A stretch of 64,000 bases of DNA from Leptogorgia sarmentosa (lineage: Eukaryota): NCBI GenBank assembly GCA_964658305.1, contig OZ210885.1, forward strand, positions 20,708,001 to 20,772,000, in the 5' to 3' direction. The notes below the pieces were generated by a model. It saw only the letters and a list, made by a program, of their open reading frames with translations. It was not told the origin of the DNA and did no database searches. Every line of letters begins with the position of its first letter. Position 1 is the first letter of the stretch. A program made the translations under genes and the position numbers. Below are positions 37,001 through 50,247 of this stretch, piece by piece.

Positions 37001-38429
37001 TATAACATGGTTAACATGCTACAAGGAGTACATTGTACGTACCCATAGAGCTCGAAGTGGTCGAAAAATAAAGATCTGAAACCCTTGGAAACATCAAATC
37101 TATCGGTCGAAGAACTGATGCGAGCTGAAGAGGAACTTGTGAAGTTTGTACAGGGCTATGCGTTTGAAAAGGAACTCGCAATCTTGAGTTCTGAAGTGTA
37201 CCATACGTCAACCAGCCAACGCAAATTGAAATCGATTGGCCCCCTTTACAAACTAAATCCTATTTTGGAAAATGGGATTCTTCGAGTAGGTGGTCGCCTA
37301 AGAAATGCACCGATCGACGTAAACGCCAAACATCCCTCGATTTTACCGAACAAGCACCATCTAACGGACCTAATTGTGCACCATTATCATCGTAAATTGG
37401 GACACTCCGGACGAGAACATGTTTTATCTATTATATGGGAGTGCTACTGGATCGTCAGAGGTCGAGTTGCGGTACGAAGAGTTATTGGTACTTGTCTACA
37501 ATGCGAAAGGAGAAATGCCGTTCCTCGTTCACAAATTATGGCCGACCTACAGATCGATCGTGTCCAACCTGATAAGCCACCTTTTACTTATGTTGGGGTT
37601 GATTTCTTTGGTCCACTATTCGTGAAGCAAGGTCGCTCACGAGTAAAGCGTTATGGGTGTTTGTTTACTTGCTTGGTCATTCGAGCTATACACATTGAGA
37701 TTGCGCATAGTTTGGATGTTAGTTCTTTCATTGATGCCTTACGCCGATTTATAGCTCACCGCGGAAGGCCAGAGGAAATCAGGAGCGACAGAGGTACAAA
37801 TTTTATAGGAGCCGAACGAGAGCTTAAAGAATCTTTAGAGAAATGGAACCATTCCAAGTTGAACGAATTTCTCTGCCTAAAGGAAATAAAATGGAAATTC
37901 AATCCCGCTGCCGCTAGTCATATGGGTGGAGCGTGGGAAAGACTAATACGTTCGATAAAGAAGATTCTTAAGGCATTACTCGATGAGCAACTAGTGAATG
38001 ATGAGACTCTGGCAACAGCAATGGCTGAAGTTGAAGCAATCGTGAACAGTAGACCCATCACACCAAATCCAGATAGTCCTTTTGACACTGAAGCATTGAC
38101 ACCAAATCATGTATTGATGCTCTGTTCTAGTTCTTCTAGTATGTAAAATGAAGATGGCGACAAGTATCTTTTGGTGCCGATGGTTAAGGGAGTATTTGCC
38201 TACCCTGCAGATGAGGCAAAAATGGTGTTCTCCAGAGGCAAATGTAAAGGAGAACGATGTGGTACTGATTATAAATGAAAATGCTCCCAGAGGACGATGG
38301 CTGTTGGCTCGAGTTGTGGAAGTTCATCTCGGAAAAGATGGTAAAGTGCGATCGGCAGTCGTTAGATCTTGTGGAACTGATTATACTAGACCAATTACAA
38401 AACTTTGTGTGTTGGAAAACGTTAATTTA

Positions 38430-38760
38430 GCACAGGTTAATAGCAATTATTATACATTGTAGATGGTAAAAGTAATCTGATTGGCTAAGAGCATACAATT
38501 ACATTGCGCAATCACGCAACCCACAGGAAATCCAGTTATCTGCTAGCAGATAACTAATTAGGTACATAATTAGGTTTGTAGCCGTTAATTTGGGTTTAAT
38601 AAACTAACCTAACTAATTAGGTTTTTCATGCGTTAATACTTGGTTTATTATTCTTCAAATGTATAATAAAACAATCATTGAATTTGGTTTTTGTGATATG
38701 CAAAATTATCAAGGTCTCGGTAAGCGTTACCGAGACCTTGATAATTTTGTTAATTTACGG
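38430..38760 (+). mobile_element. Hairpin-ended interspersed repeat related to 14020-14575, in the 3' UTR of the second BEL element
   Basis: CTGATTGGCTAAGAGC; ATAATAAAACAATCATTGAATTTGG; perfect hairpin CAAAATTATCAAGGTCTCGGTAA-GCG-TTACCGAGACCTTGATAATTTTG at 38701-38749. Confidence 0.55.
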
Positions 38761-39004
38761 TTTGTAGCCGTTAATTTGGGGCGAGGATGATAAGGACAAT
38801 AATGAATAAATACAGCCTATATGTATACATGTAAATATGTAAATATAGCACATATAAAGCAGTGTGATCACTCAAGTGAGTGAGAGAGATATTATAGTTG
38901 AGATGGTCAACAACCTTATAAAACGCCATTTTTGTAAGTGAGTTTTTTGACATAAGAGATTAAATTTTGAGGACTATGATATCTTGTGCGGCATGTCCGT
39001 AACA

Positions 39005-41085
39005 CCTTAGGTTTATTGTTACAACCCATCATTGCCTGTAAATTGGTTTGAAACATGTCATCCCTCTTCGCTTCAACTTCCATTCTTTGCTGGCTCTGTA
39101 TCATAAACATTTCTAACAAGTTTTGGGGTGGTGCTTGCAGGTAGGGTCACACTGGCCGTGGGAGATAACTTTGAACTCATTTCACTAGATACTGATGGGC
39201 TTTGGTTTTCTATTTTTTGGTGGAACTTTTACTAGATCAATACACTTCTCCCAGTCTGGTTCTTCTCCAATATCAGATGCTTGAGATGGTGTATGTTATA
39301 TCTCCACATCACTCCTTGTTTCTCCAAGTCATGCACTAGTGATGAACATCGTTCCACAAATCATTCTCAGTTCAACTGTTCCTTCCCAAGTCAAGTTTCC
39401 GTCTTTTATTTGAGACTGGCAAATCTAAAAATGAATACTGTTTGGTAGCCACACAGCATATGCCAGGGGGCATAGCATAATCCTTCCCCCACCCCTTCCC
39501 TAGCAGCCTGAGTGAAACAGCACAAGTTGGATGTCGTAAGGTATATTATACAGGGTGTATAAAAAAAAAGTTTACTGATGAAAAACATTCTCTAAACTAA
39601 CGGGCGCTCAAAATTTCCAAAAACGTTCGGTTAGCCTGGGTAGTTTAACACCCTCTGGTATATCTAGCACTAAGTTTATTTTAAAAACAAACTTTTCTAG
39701 AATGGGAAATGTGGTTACTGAAAGTCCCATTAAAAAAGTTCACACAATTTGATTTAATCGGATGAAAATATGGAGTATGATATACAAGCTATTCAAGTTT
39801 TGAGAAATTTGGTGCACGCTGAGACGAACACGCGATGTCCGAAAACTGGATTTTCCGCAATTTCTTCGCCTAATTACAGACCTTTGGGAATTAGCTTGCA
39901 ATTTGCATTGGTAATTAATGCAAATATCCAATTATGCATAAATTAATCGGTAATCACGCAGGAAAGAACGCAAAATCCAGTTTTCGAACATAGCACGTTC
40001 GTCTCAGCGTACACCAAATTTCTCAAAACTTGAATAGCTTGTATATCATACTCCATATTTTCAACCGATTAAATCAAATTGCGTGAAGAAAACTTTTTTT
40101 TTCCGCCCAAGCCGTTTTTAATGGGCCTTTCAGTAACCACATTTCCCATTCTAAAAAAGTTTGTTTTTAAAATAAACTTAGTGCTGGATATACCAGAGGG
40201 TGTTAAACTACCCATGCTAACCGAAAGTTTTTGGAAATTTTGAGCGCTTGTTAGTTTAGAGAATGTTTTTCATCAGTAAACTTTTTTTTGATACACCCTG
40301 TATAATTGAATCAAAATTTATCAGCTAGGACACCCTTTTGGTAGGGGGCATGTATAACACCTCTTGGTCATAAATTGCTATTAGTTAACATGAGGAACTT
40401 GCAGGTAGTGCCACTACCAGGATCCTAACTTTTGACAGGAATCTTAACTGACCTGGTGAGTTGGAGGCAACACATTCGCAAGCAATTTTTATTTGTACTT
40501 TTGGGCCATATTCCCGTCTGCATGAAGCAAGATCTTCATAACTTTTCAATGCAACAAGTTGCTTTGTTCCTTTTCTAAGCCAATAAAGACCTTTCTTTGG
40601 AGTATATAAGTTTTCAGTGTCAAGATTTACAATCAACAACATGATATCTGATAAAGTTCCATTGCCTGAAACATTATGAAGCATGTCAGCAGTTGGTAAC
40701 ACTTTTCCATTAATAAATGGATGAACAAATATATCAGCTTGTTGTGCCTGCAGCCTTGGTGACCTTCTGACAGATGGGGGTCTCTGATGCTGTAAAAGGA
40801 AGTTATATTATTAATTGTTACTGCGCTTGTAAACTATAGGATTTTTCCAAACTGTATACCTTTCTTTTGTAAATCTACTGCCAGGTAAATATAGCATTTC
40901 TTCTTTCTTTTCTTGGTTTTAGAGGATATTCATCTAGTAATGCAGGTATATTGCTGTCCCCATCAAAAGAAACCAAAGATTTTCTGTTAGCACGCTTGTA
41001 ATACAGCCTTTTCATAATTGTATCTCCTCCAACTTTTCGCGAAATGTAATCGTCTACACAATTCTTTGAAGTTTCATATTCCCAT
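39005..41085 (-). pseudogene. Degraded spliced gene of unknown function, cut by BEL insertions at both ends
   Basis: Exon-like segments about 41085-40859 (KRLYYKRANRKSLVSFDGDSNIPALLDEYP), 40791-40453 (GLYWLRKGTKQLVALKSYEDLASCRREY...IACECV) and 39420-39005 (NKRRKLDL...GEEPDWEKCIDLVKVPPK...LEMFMIQSQQRME), with AG/GT boundaries. Confidence 0.45.
39551..40300. mobile_element. Fold-back Tc1/mariner-type MITE, TA TSD
   Basis: TA|CAGGGTGTATAAAAAAAAAGTTTACTGATG ... CATCAGTAAACTTTTTTTTGATACACCCTG|TA; inverted arms of about 300 bp. Confidence 0.9.
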
Positions 41086-43750
41086 TGTTGGGAATTTTGA
41101 TGCTTGTTCAGTACTATATAGAGTTCAGTGCTATATAAAGTCCAGTGCTATATAGAGTTCAGTTGTTGTTAAGGTAAAAACGTGTTTAGGACGTTGCGAT
41201 GAGAAAGTTATTTCGAAATGCTTGTGATCCGATCGTAATTCATATTAAAATAATTTACTAAACAGTCTTGTCTGAATTGCTTGGGAAGGCAGGGTAATTC
41301 GCGACAACTGGCACCTCTGACAAAGGGATATTCAAGAGATATTTTGGCTCGAGGATACAAAATATGGCGGTAAAATTAGCGGTGAAACTCAACTTCATAT
41401 CACTTTGGATTCCAACCGACAGGAACTTATCGAGAGACATTCTACGGCTCTTTAAAGCGATCACGGACAGCGTAAACGAATTGAGATTAACAGTCAAAGA
41501 GGGCAAATTCGAAGCGAAAGTCTTGAGAAGATTGCAAAATGGAATACGGGGCTTGATGAGAAGTTAACTGAAGCAGATAACACGGTTCAACAACTACGAC
41601 AGTTGGTGGAAAAACGTAAACAACATGAAGAAGACCTAGTCAGAGAAGAAAAGCTTATATTTGAAGCGAGACTACACGAAACAAGGATGAAACGCCAAAC
41701 AGAGTTGTTTAGCGTGAAAGGCAACAAAAGACAAGACGACGAATCGGGTGGGTCGAAAAATATGGCGAAATTACCAAAGCTTGTGATTTCAAAATATGGC
41801 AGTAGTTATCAAGACTGGCCTAGATTTTGGGGGCAATTTACGGAGAGTATTGACAAAACCAGTATCCCGCCAATAACAAAGTTCACATACCTGTGTGAAC
41901 TATTAGACCCCAAGATAAAGGCAGTTGTAGATTCCTTACCGTTTACATCCAAAGGCTGTAACAGAGCGAAGTCAATTTTAAAAGAGCGATTCGGCAAGAA
42001 TCAGAGATTGCAAAGCCCTACACCAAGGAGATAATGGGGTTACCATATATCCAGAATTCCAACCCGAGGAAGATCGGTGAATTTAGCAAGAAACTCAACC
42101 ACTGTGTTCAAGCTCTACAAACCATGGACAAACTTAATCAAGTTGATGGATACGTAGCAGTGACCCTGGAAAAGCTTCCCACCATTCGTGGAGACCTGGT
42201 CAGAACGGATTCTGATTGGGAAAGATGGAATTTTGCACAACTGTCTGAAGCCATCCGCTTATGGACTAGGCAAAATCCAGTTGATCCCACCCGCGAGAAA
42301 TCCACAAACGAGCGTCCAACAAAGTCGTTTTACCTTACCAGTCGCCAGTGTGTCTATTGCGGTGAAGAAAACCACAAAGCAACCACCTGTGACAAGATAG
42401 TCGATGTAGCTGAGCGGAAGCAGATTTTGAAGAAGAAGCAGTTATGCTTTAATTGTGCAATTGGAAGTCATCGGGCTGCAGAGTGCTCAAGTAAATTGAC
42501 ATGTCAGCATTGTGGAAAACGTCACCACAGCTCAATCTGTGACTCAACCAAGAGGGATGAGAAGAAGGAAGTGCTCTAACAACAATTCACCTGAAGGGGT
42601 GTTTCCAGTTCTGGTAATCAAAGTCAACGGAGTTAAATGTTGAGCGCTAATCGACACTGGATTGGGGAGTTCGTACATTTCGGCAAAGCTGGTGAACCTC
42701 CTAAAGGGGAAGCCTGTGTCGACCCAGACAAAACAAGTAGAAATGCTGATGTCATCAAAGCGCCTGTGTATGGAAACCTACCAGCTCAACACGGAATCTG
42801 TTGACAGGAAATTTGAAATGTCAGAAAGTTTATAAAAGTTGATCGATCTGAACTGTTGACTATCGAGAATCCACATTACGCTGATTTAATTCGCGATAAT
42901 CCACAACAATGGTGAGCCAGTCGCAGAGCTTACTAAGATGGGTTGGTTCGTGATGAGCCCCGGAGCCGAATTTGACAGCAACACTATGCTACTCACTGAG
43001 ACTTCCCAAAGTGATTACGAGAACTTATGTCGTATGGATGTATTAGGACTTGCGGATGTAGCAGAAAACGACCAAAGTATGGTTCATACTGAGTTTAAGG
43101 AGCAACTAGTTCGTGCTGACGAAGGATGGTATGAAACTGGATTGCCGTGGCGTGGAAGTCATCCGGAGCTGCCGAATAACCAACGAGGAAGTTTGCAGCG
43201 CCTTGAAAGCTTGACAAAAAGACTGCAAAGCAAGGGACAGTTTTCAGAATACAACGAAATTATTCAGAACCAGCTTAAGGCGAATATCCTGGAGAAAGCG
43301 CCTGAAGAAGTCTCGGGAAGGGAATTCTATATCCCGCACAAAGCAGTCGTGCGAGAGTCGGCTACGACAACGAAGATGCGCATCGTGTATGACGCCTCGG
43401 CTCGTGCGTCCCCAGAAGCCTGAAGCCTCATCACTCAACGAATGCCTCAATCCAGGACCCCCTTGCAGAATCGGTTGTGGGATGTTTTGATCCGTCAGCA
43501 CGCTTATCCGATTGCCATGACGGGAGATATTCGAGCGTGACGCGCTGAGGTTTCACTGGCGAACAAGTGAAGACAACAATGTTGAAGTTTATCGATTCAC
43601 ATGTGCACTTTTTGGCTTGGCACCCTCTCCCTTTTTACTGACCTTGGAAGCGCATCTTGATCTGTGGGAGGAGGAAAGACTGGAAGCAGTTGCAGAGCTG
43701 AGGAGGGGCTTGTATGTCGACAACCATCTCAAAGGCAACACAAAAGGCGT
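41086..43750 (+). mobile_element. Third BEL/Pao element, 5' half only
   Basis: Putative LTR TGTTGG...GCGACA (41086-41306) followed by AC-TGGC; gag KLPKLVISKY..W.RFWGQF, CCHC knuckles, ALIDTG, YETGLPW, FYIPHKAVVRES.TTKMRIVYDASA; many stops; no 3' LTR. Confidence 0.85.
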
Positions 43751-44216
43751 ACATTCTGGACCAGCAACGTTTCCATTCTTAGTTTCCAACTAGAAATACA
43801 TACATGCAGCAACCCCTCGCTCGTCTTATTACTAACGTACCAAGACTACATTCAACTCAATGCACCTATATTCTAACATGAAACCATTTGCATGCGCAAA
43901 GCATGACGGTAGGAGGCTGTAGGTTGCTTTACAACGAAATGGCTGCCGTAGGAGTGAGCACGGTTGGCTAAATACAGGAAAGGCACATTGGTTGAGAGGC
44001 CCTGGGTCGAGTAATATTTGTAATTCTGACTCTAAACGTAAAAGTATTTTCTTACACCTTTTTCTTTCCTAATGCCCACCCAAACCCTAATCTGACCCTA
44101 ACAACAAAAACGTTGGAAAAAATAGAGAAAAAAACAAACAAAAAAAACGGAAAAAAATCAGGGAGCAAGGCTGGGGAATCGAACCCGCGGTACACACACA
44201 CAAAGCTAAGCGGGTC

Positions 44217-47200
44217 CAAAATAATAATAATATAATAACATTTGAGAATTTATACAGCGCCTAAATTATGTAAAATATTCTAAAGCGCTTTACAACAGTT
44301 TTAAAATAAGAACATGCAACAATACAAAATTAAAAATAAACTACTAAATAATAAAAACTAAATCTAAATGTTAGAGTTATAAGCTTTCTTAAAAAGAAAT
44401 GTCTTCAATTTAGATTTAAAATTTTCAATTGATTTAATATTTCTAATGTGATATGGTAATTTATTCCATGTTGACGGACCAGCGTGAACAAATGCTCGGT
44501 CCCCAAGAGTCTTGGCTCTAGTTTTTGGGATAAGTAGCAGTCCTTGATCGTTAGATCTCAGTTGGTGAGAGCAATCCGGTTTCTCTAACAGGAGATCAGC
44601 AATGTAATCAGGAGCCATCCCATTGACAGCTTTGTAAACAAGGAGTGCGATTTTAAACTCAACGCGAAACTTGACAGGCAACCAGTGTAGGTGCATGAGG
44701 ACAGGGGTGATATGTGCACATCTGGGTGTAAAACACGTTATTCTGGCAGCTGCGTTAAGAACCCGTTGTAGACGTTGAATTTGGTATTGAGGAATTCCGA
44801 ACAAGAGAGAATTGCAGTAGTCCAGGTGTGATGTCACAAATGCATGTACAAGCGTCTTAGTGGATTCAACGGACAGAAATTTCCTTATTTGTCTTATGTT
44901 GTACAAACCTCTAAATGCTTTGCTGCAAACATGAACATCCATAGACATGTGCTTGTCAAACCAAGAACCCAAGTTTCGAACATTTTGTACAGGTTTTATA
45001 TCAGCAATACCAACACTGATCGACCCAATTGTCACCTTAGCTAACTGCTGGCGAGTACCAATAATCAAGAACTCAGTTTTTGTGTCATTGAACATCAGTT
45101 TACGCGAAACCAACCATGCGCGAACTTCATCAATGCAGTTTACTAATAATTTGAATAGCTTGGTCTTGAACTACCGGAGAATCAGGACGGAAAGATAGAT
45201 ACAGTTGCATATCGTCAGCGTATCCATGAGAGGAAGGTAGATGTTTATTGATAATCTGAAACAGTTGAGACACATACAATAGGAACAGAACTGGTCCAAG
45301 ACAGCTTCCTTGTGGTACTCCACAACTCAACATAAAGTTGGTAGAAAATTCTTGTTTAATCTTGACATGCTGTTTCTTATGAGAGAGAAATGACTTGATC
45401 CACTTTAGCGCATTTCCAATGACACCAAATTCCGACTCCAATGTGTCAGTCAAAATTTCATGGTCAATGGTGTCAAAGGCGGCGCTCAAATCAAGAAGGA
45501 CCAAAAGAGTTACTTCCTGTTGATCCATATTCAAGAGGATATCATTACGAACTTTTAAAAGAGCAGTCTCAGTGGAATGGAATTGACCATAGGACGAATG
45601 GTTGGTAGGAAGAGGGGCGTTATCAGCACAATGTTCGAGTAACTGGTTGACAACCGCCTTTTCCGTAGCTTTAGAAACAAATGGCAAATTACTCACGGGT
45701 CTAAAATTTTCAAAGACTAGATCGAGACCGTATTTTTTTAGGATTGGTGCAAGGATGGCAACTTTCCAGGAATCTGGTACGTGACCTTCACTCAATGACA
45801 GGTTAATCATTTTCATAATGACAGGTGTAAGTTCATGGGCACATAATTTCAACAACCATGTTGGAATAAGATCTAGACTGCAGGTTGCATTCGACGACTT
45901 TACAATGATATTATAGACTTCCTCCTCTGAGAGAGGCCGGAATGTTTCCAGCTTAACGTCAGGTAAACGATATTCAACTGTTGGTGGAACTACTACAATG
46001 TTTTCAATATTGTCTTTAATTAACTCAATCTTCCGACAGAAATATTTCCCGAAATCTTCAGCAAGTTTACGTGAATTGTCATGAGAAGGGAAAAAGTCTT
46101 CCTGGGGCGCGTTACAGAGTGAGGACACAACCTTGAAGAGTTTTCGTGTGTCTCCCGAACATTGGTCAATAAGTTCAGAGTAGTATTTACGTTTAGCATT
46201 GTTTAGACTGGCAGTATACCTATTACGAACACGACGATAAGCTTCCTTATCACTTTGGCATTTTGATCTCAACATGACTTTCTCCAATTTCCTTCGTTTA
46301 GCCTTAGTACGTTTAAGTTCATCATTAAACCATGGTATTCTTGGCCTAACAACCACAACCTTTTTCTGAATGGGGGCGTGTTTCTCCAAAATATGTGATA
46401 GCGTATAATCATACGAATTTGCCAAATCATCTAGATCAAAACTTAGGTCATTACATAAGCTGGAATTAGTAATATCTGCTTTGAAGTCTTGAAGATTCAA
46501 ACGTTTCATCTTACGATATTGAAGTTCCTTTGTAACAGAGTTCGGACAAGGAAAGGAAAGATTGCATTCAACAAAGCAATGATCAGACACAAAAAACGTA
46601 GACTGGATTAGATGGACATTAATATCATTCGACGATCTCGAGATAAGTAGATCCAGAGTGTGCCCAGATGAGTGAGTTAGAGTAGTTACATGTTGTGATA
46701 AGCCAAAAGTGTCTAGTAACTCAGTGAAGGTTTTTGCATCATTATCCGATGGGTCGTCAAGATGAAAATTAAAGTCGCCAGATATTAATAATACTTCTGC
46801 GCACATAACAATACTCTTGAGCAAATTGGAAAACTCTTCGAAGAAAACACTTGAAGAGACAGGATGGGTTTGTGAATAAGGTGGGCGATAAACTGCTAGT
46901 ATCTTGATCGTACGGTTGGATGCAGTCAAGTTCCACTCAGAATATTCAAATGATCGTTTTTCACCTCCATCATTTAAGGTGACATTAAAGTTTGCATTAA
47001 ACATTATGCCAGTACCTCCACCAGCTGTATTAGATTGTCTAGAGAAATTTTAAAAAAGATAACCGGGGGGAGATAACGCAGCCATGCTATCAGTGTCAGC
47101 GTCTTTTAACCAGGTCTCAGTTACAATGCACACATTAATATTGTTACTCAAAACATGATCAACAATTTCTGCTGTCTTGTTTTCAAGAGATCTTGCATTA

Positions 47201-48900
47201 ACATTGGAGAAGCGTAGCAATTTCATACGAGAAACAAGGTCGATACTGGTTTTGTCTGTTTCCTTGTTACTAATATTGATTTTGATACAGTTCTTCATAC
47301 AAGCGGTTTTCTTATGTTTATGAGCAGTTGATTTATAAATATTTCTTCCAAGGGATGGATTACGGTTGGTAATGTGGGTTGGTATTGGCATAAAATTTTT
47401 GAAAAACCTCAGACTCGTATCTTCATTTAAAAAACCGGTGGTCTCGTTGGAATCGACATTAACGGTGGAGGGTATGAAAAGGGTCGAAACATGGGATGAT
47501 ATTGCGGAGGTTGAAATGGGGGAAAATACGAAGGATTCACTGGAAAAGGGTAATGATTCGGTTGCGGTATGGGGGTCTGAGGTCCTCCGTGAAAAGGGAC
47601 TTGATATAACTGGTTTTCATATACTTGGCTTTTGGGGTTTGGAATTCCTTCATTATATTTATTTGTATTATTAGCGTTGTAAAATTTCCGATTTCTTGAA
47701 TTATTCCTATGTTTTTGTGTCTGTTTCTTGTTAACTTGTGGTAAACGACGATGCGTGATCCTAGTTGGTATACGTTAGTGTTGATTGTCCGCCTCATGTG
47801 AAACACTAGTGACGCTAGGTTGAGAAATACTTGGTGTAGGGCCAACTACGGTTTTTGGATGGTCATCATTTCTCAATGCAAAAGGCTTGTAATTATTTGC
47901 TAACAACGTTATACTAACATCCTTTTCTACACTCGGATGAACTGTCGTATTAGAGTTGTTCTCAGGGGAAACTTTTTCCTCCAACTTGGCAACGTGTGAC
48001 TTCAAATTTAAATTTTCGCTGACCAATTTGCATATTTCTTGTTTGTTTTCATATATAATTCGAGTCTGCTCTGAAAGTTTAGTTATCAAGCCTGAAATTT
48101 CGGATTCTATCTTTTCTTTGAACATGTGGAATTGTTTTTCCATAATATATGTCTTGCCATCCGCTTGAGACCGTAAGGGGGTAGAACTATCGATTGTTTG
48201 AGCAAACGATAAATTGTCAGTACAATTTCGATGCAAGACACTCACTTCTTTAAAGCATTGGTCGATAAAATTTTGCAACTCATCCAAGCTTGAGACATCA
48301 GATTTGAGTGTGTCCTTATCAATGCATACTCTGCCAATGGTATCGACTTGATCATCGTTCTGACTTGTGCATAGCAGTGATTTACATTTAGTCGATTCAT
48401 CAGTGATCGTATTAGGCAAAGGGGCTCCGTCCGTATTAATTTGCTTACCAGATTTTGAGCTCAAAACATTCAACAGTAATTTCTTAAGCGTTTCCCCTGA
48501 CTTTCCGTTAAAAGTAAGCGAATTTAATTTGCCTGCATACCACGTAACAATAATGTCTTTGTTCGAGTTAGTAAACTGCCTTGCTTTACCACCGACAGAC
48601 TTCCATTTACCAGTCAAGCCAAGGATATTTTCAACGAAATTTTCCAGCGATCGAAGGTCTCGTGTCCATATTATACGATTCCCATTAAAAACCAAATCGG
48701 CTTTTTCTTTTAACAAGTTAACAGCGTTAATATCAACATTCTCAAGTTTAAAATTTATATTTGTTGGTGAGCTTAACAATTCATGACCGTCCGCCATTAT
48801 ACTACGCGATTCTGTCCAGTAGATAGGCAAGTGTTTTGGTGGAATTGATGATTAAAGTGTCCTCAGCACAGTGAAATGTTTTGGGTTTCTTTTAGCCATA
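44217..48900 (-). mobile_element. L2-clade LINE with ORF1 and frameshifted ORF2
   Basis: ORF1 47775-48830 (coiled coil). ORF2 pieces 47050-47391, 45130-47004 and 44364-45113 carry NARS, TETWL, YRPP, GDFN, GHTLDL, SDH, DLSAAFDT, GVPQGS, YADD, LHWLPV. 3' end GTAAAGCGCTTTAGA...GGCGCTGTATAAAT...(TAT)n. 5' boundary approximate. Confidence 0.92.
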
Positions 48901-49128
48901 GGTAAATAAGTAGTTTCAAGCTATTGCAGTCAAAGTTGAAATCAAGAGTGTTTTCCTTGCTTTATTTCTTTTGTTTGCTCTCCTGCTCAATGCTAAATGC
49001 TCATAATCTTGCTGTGAGAAGCCAGCTTTGTTGTCCTTCATTGGATAAATTCAACAAAAACATTTGAGAATAATACAGTAATATTAAGGTAAATCTTTGG
49101 GTATATAAAAATCTAACTGAAAAGTATA

Positions 49129-49941
49129 CAGGGTGTATCAAAAAAAACGCAATCCTACGTTCAAATGCAATTTTCATAACGAAAAGTAATACAAAATAGG
49201 CTATATTTACCACCGTTAGAAAGCTCTATCATTCCGCTTTCTTAAGACTGCTTGTTTGTTAAATTTGAGGTGGAAATGAGCGAGTAATGATATTTTTAGT
49301 AAGTGTGATTGGACAATTTAAAATTTGAGATAGCTTGAATTTTATTAAAAATTTAACTTTAGTTGGTTACAATCATTCAACGTGGCCTGGCTTTCTCAGC
49401 ACACACAAATCACTTCGACATTGTATTTCCCGTGCAACTCTTCTTATTAGTTCATGATTTCCATGTAAAGCATCTGCTTCAAGCTGTATCTGCCGGTATT
49501 TACGTACGTTACGCCAAACGGTCGTCGAATTTGGGACTTGTCGATCCGGAAAAGCTATTCGAAACAATCTTAAAACTTCCTGAATACTTTTTGTTACAAA
49601 GTAACCTTCAACAATAAAAGTTATTTCTGCTGTAGTGAGCTGTGGCATGATGCCTAAGACTTTAAAATTATTTCGCGAAAATATTTCAAACAAAATATTC
49701 GCATGCAACGATAACGTCCCCTTCGGAATTAAGAACGTCGAATTCGAAGCATCTAAAAATGACTCCTTGCAGTAAATCACTTATTTTAAAGTCCTAAATG
49801 GCCTAAAATGTCACAATCGACCACTTATTGAGTAGAAAAAAGATAGGGCTAAAACATGAACTAAAAGTTAAGACATGGAAATCTATATTATTTTGGTTAT
49901 AAAGCCTTAAACTTGGATTGCGTTTTTTTTTATACACCCTG
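49129..49941 (-). mobile_element. Internally deleted Tc1/mariner element (DUF4817-type HTH), TA TSD
   Basis: TA|CAGGGTGTATCAAAAAAAACGCAATCC ... GGATTGCGTTTTTTTTTATACACCCTG|TA. Remnant MPQLTTAEITFIVEGYFVTKS...FRIAFPDRQVPNSTTVWRNVRKYR fused to the C-terminus ...RSDLCVLRKPGHVE; catalytic domain absent. Confidence 0.88.
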
Positions 49942-50247
49942 TATATGTAATTGACTAATTTAAAAACTTTATTCAAAATGTTTTAATATGGAGGCTGAAC
50001 CAGTCACTTCATATTATGTAAATAGTAAAATGGCAGATTCAGAAAAAGTGGGCAAGGAACCAAAATGGTCTTCTGTCATCACATAATATGGCCTTATAAC
50101 TATAAGGTCCCACACTCTGGCCCAAGTTTCTTCAAATTAACTCAGATGTTCAAAGATAAATATTTTGGGCAAGTTCAGCTTGTTTGGGTTGAAGCAAATG
50201 TCATGAAAGGCAGTGTGTCTGCTGTGTAAATGCTGTATTCGGTATAG

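Larger units (their letters stand above)
33420..39004 (+). mobile_element. Second BEL/Pao element with short LTRs (33420-33627 and 38788-39004), decayed
   Basis: TGATAAGGAC...CGTAACA direct repeats; PPT TTTGGGGCGAGGA; gag (PKPELLTFDGKP, CCHC), [22 protein letters not shown], integrase GVDFFGP/SDRGTNF/GGAWER. Protease and RT core are deleted. Confidence 0.9.

Noticed and set aside
44160..44216. tRNA-like B-box (GGTTCGATTCCCC on the minus strand)
   Set aside because: No cloverleaf or A-box can be built; probably part of a decayed repeat cut by the L2 tail.
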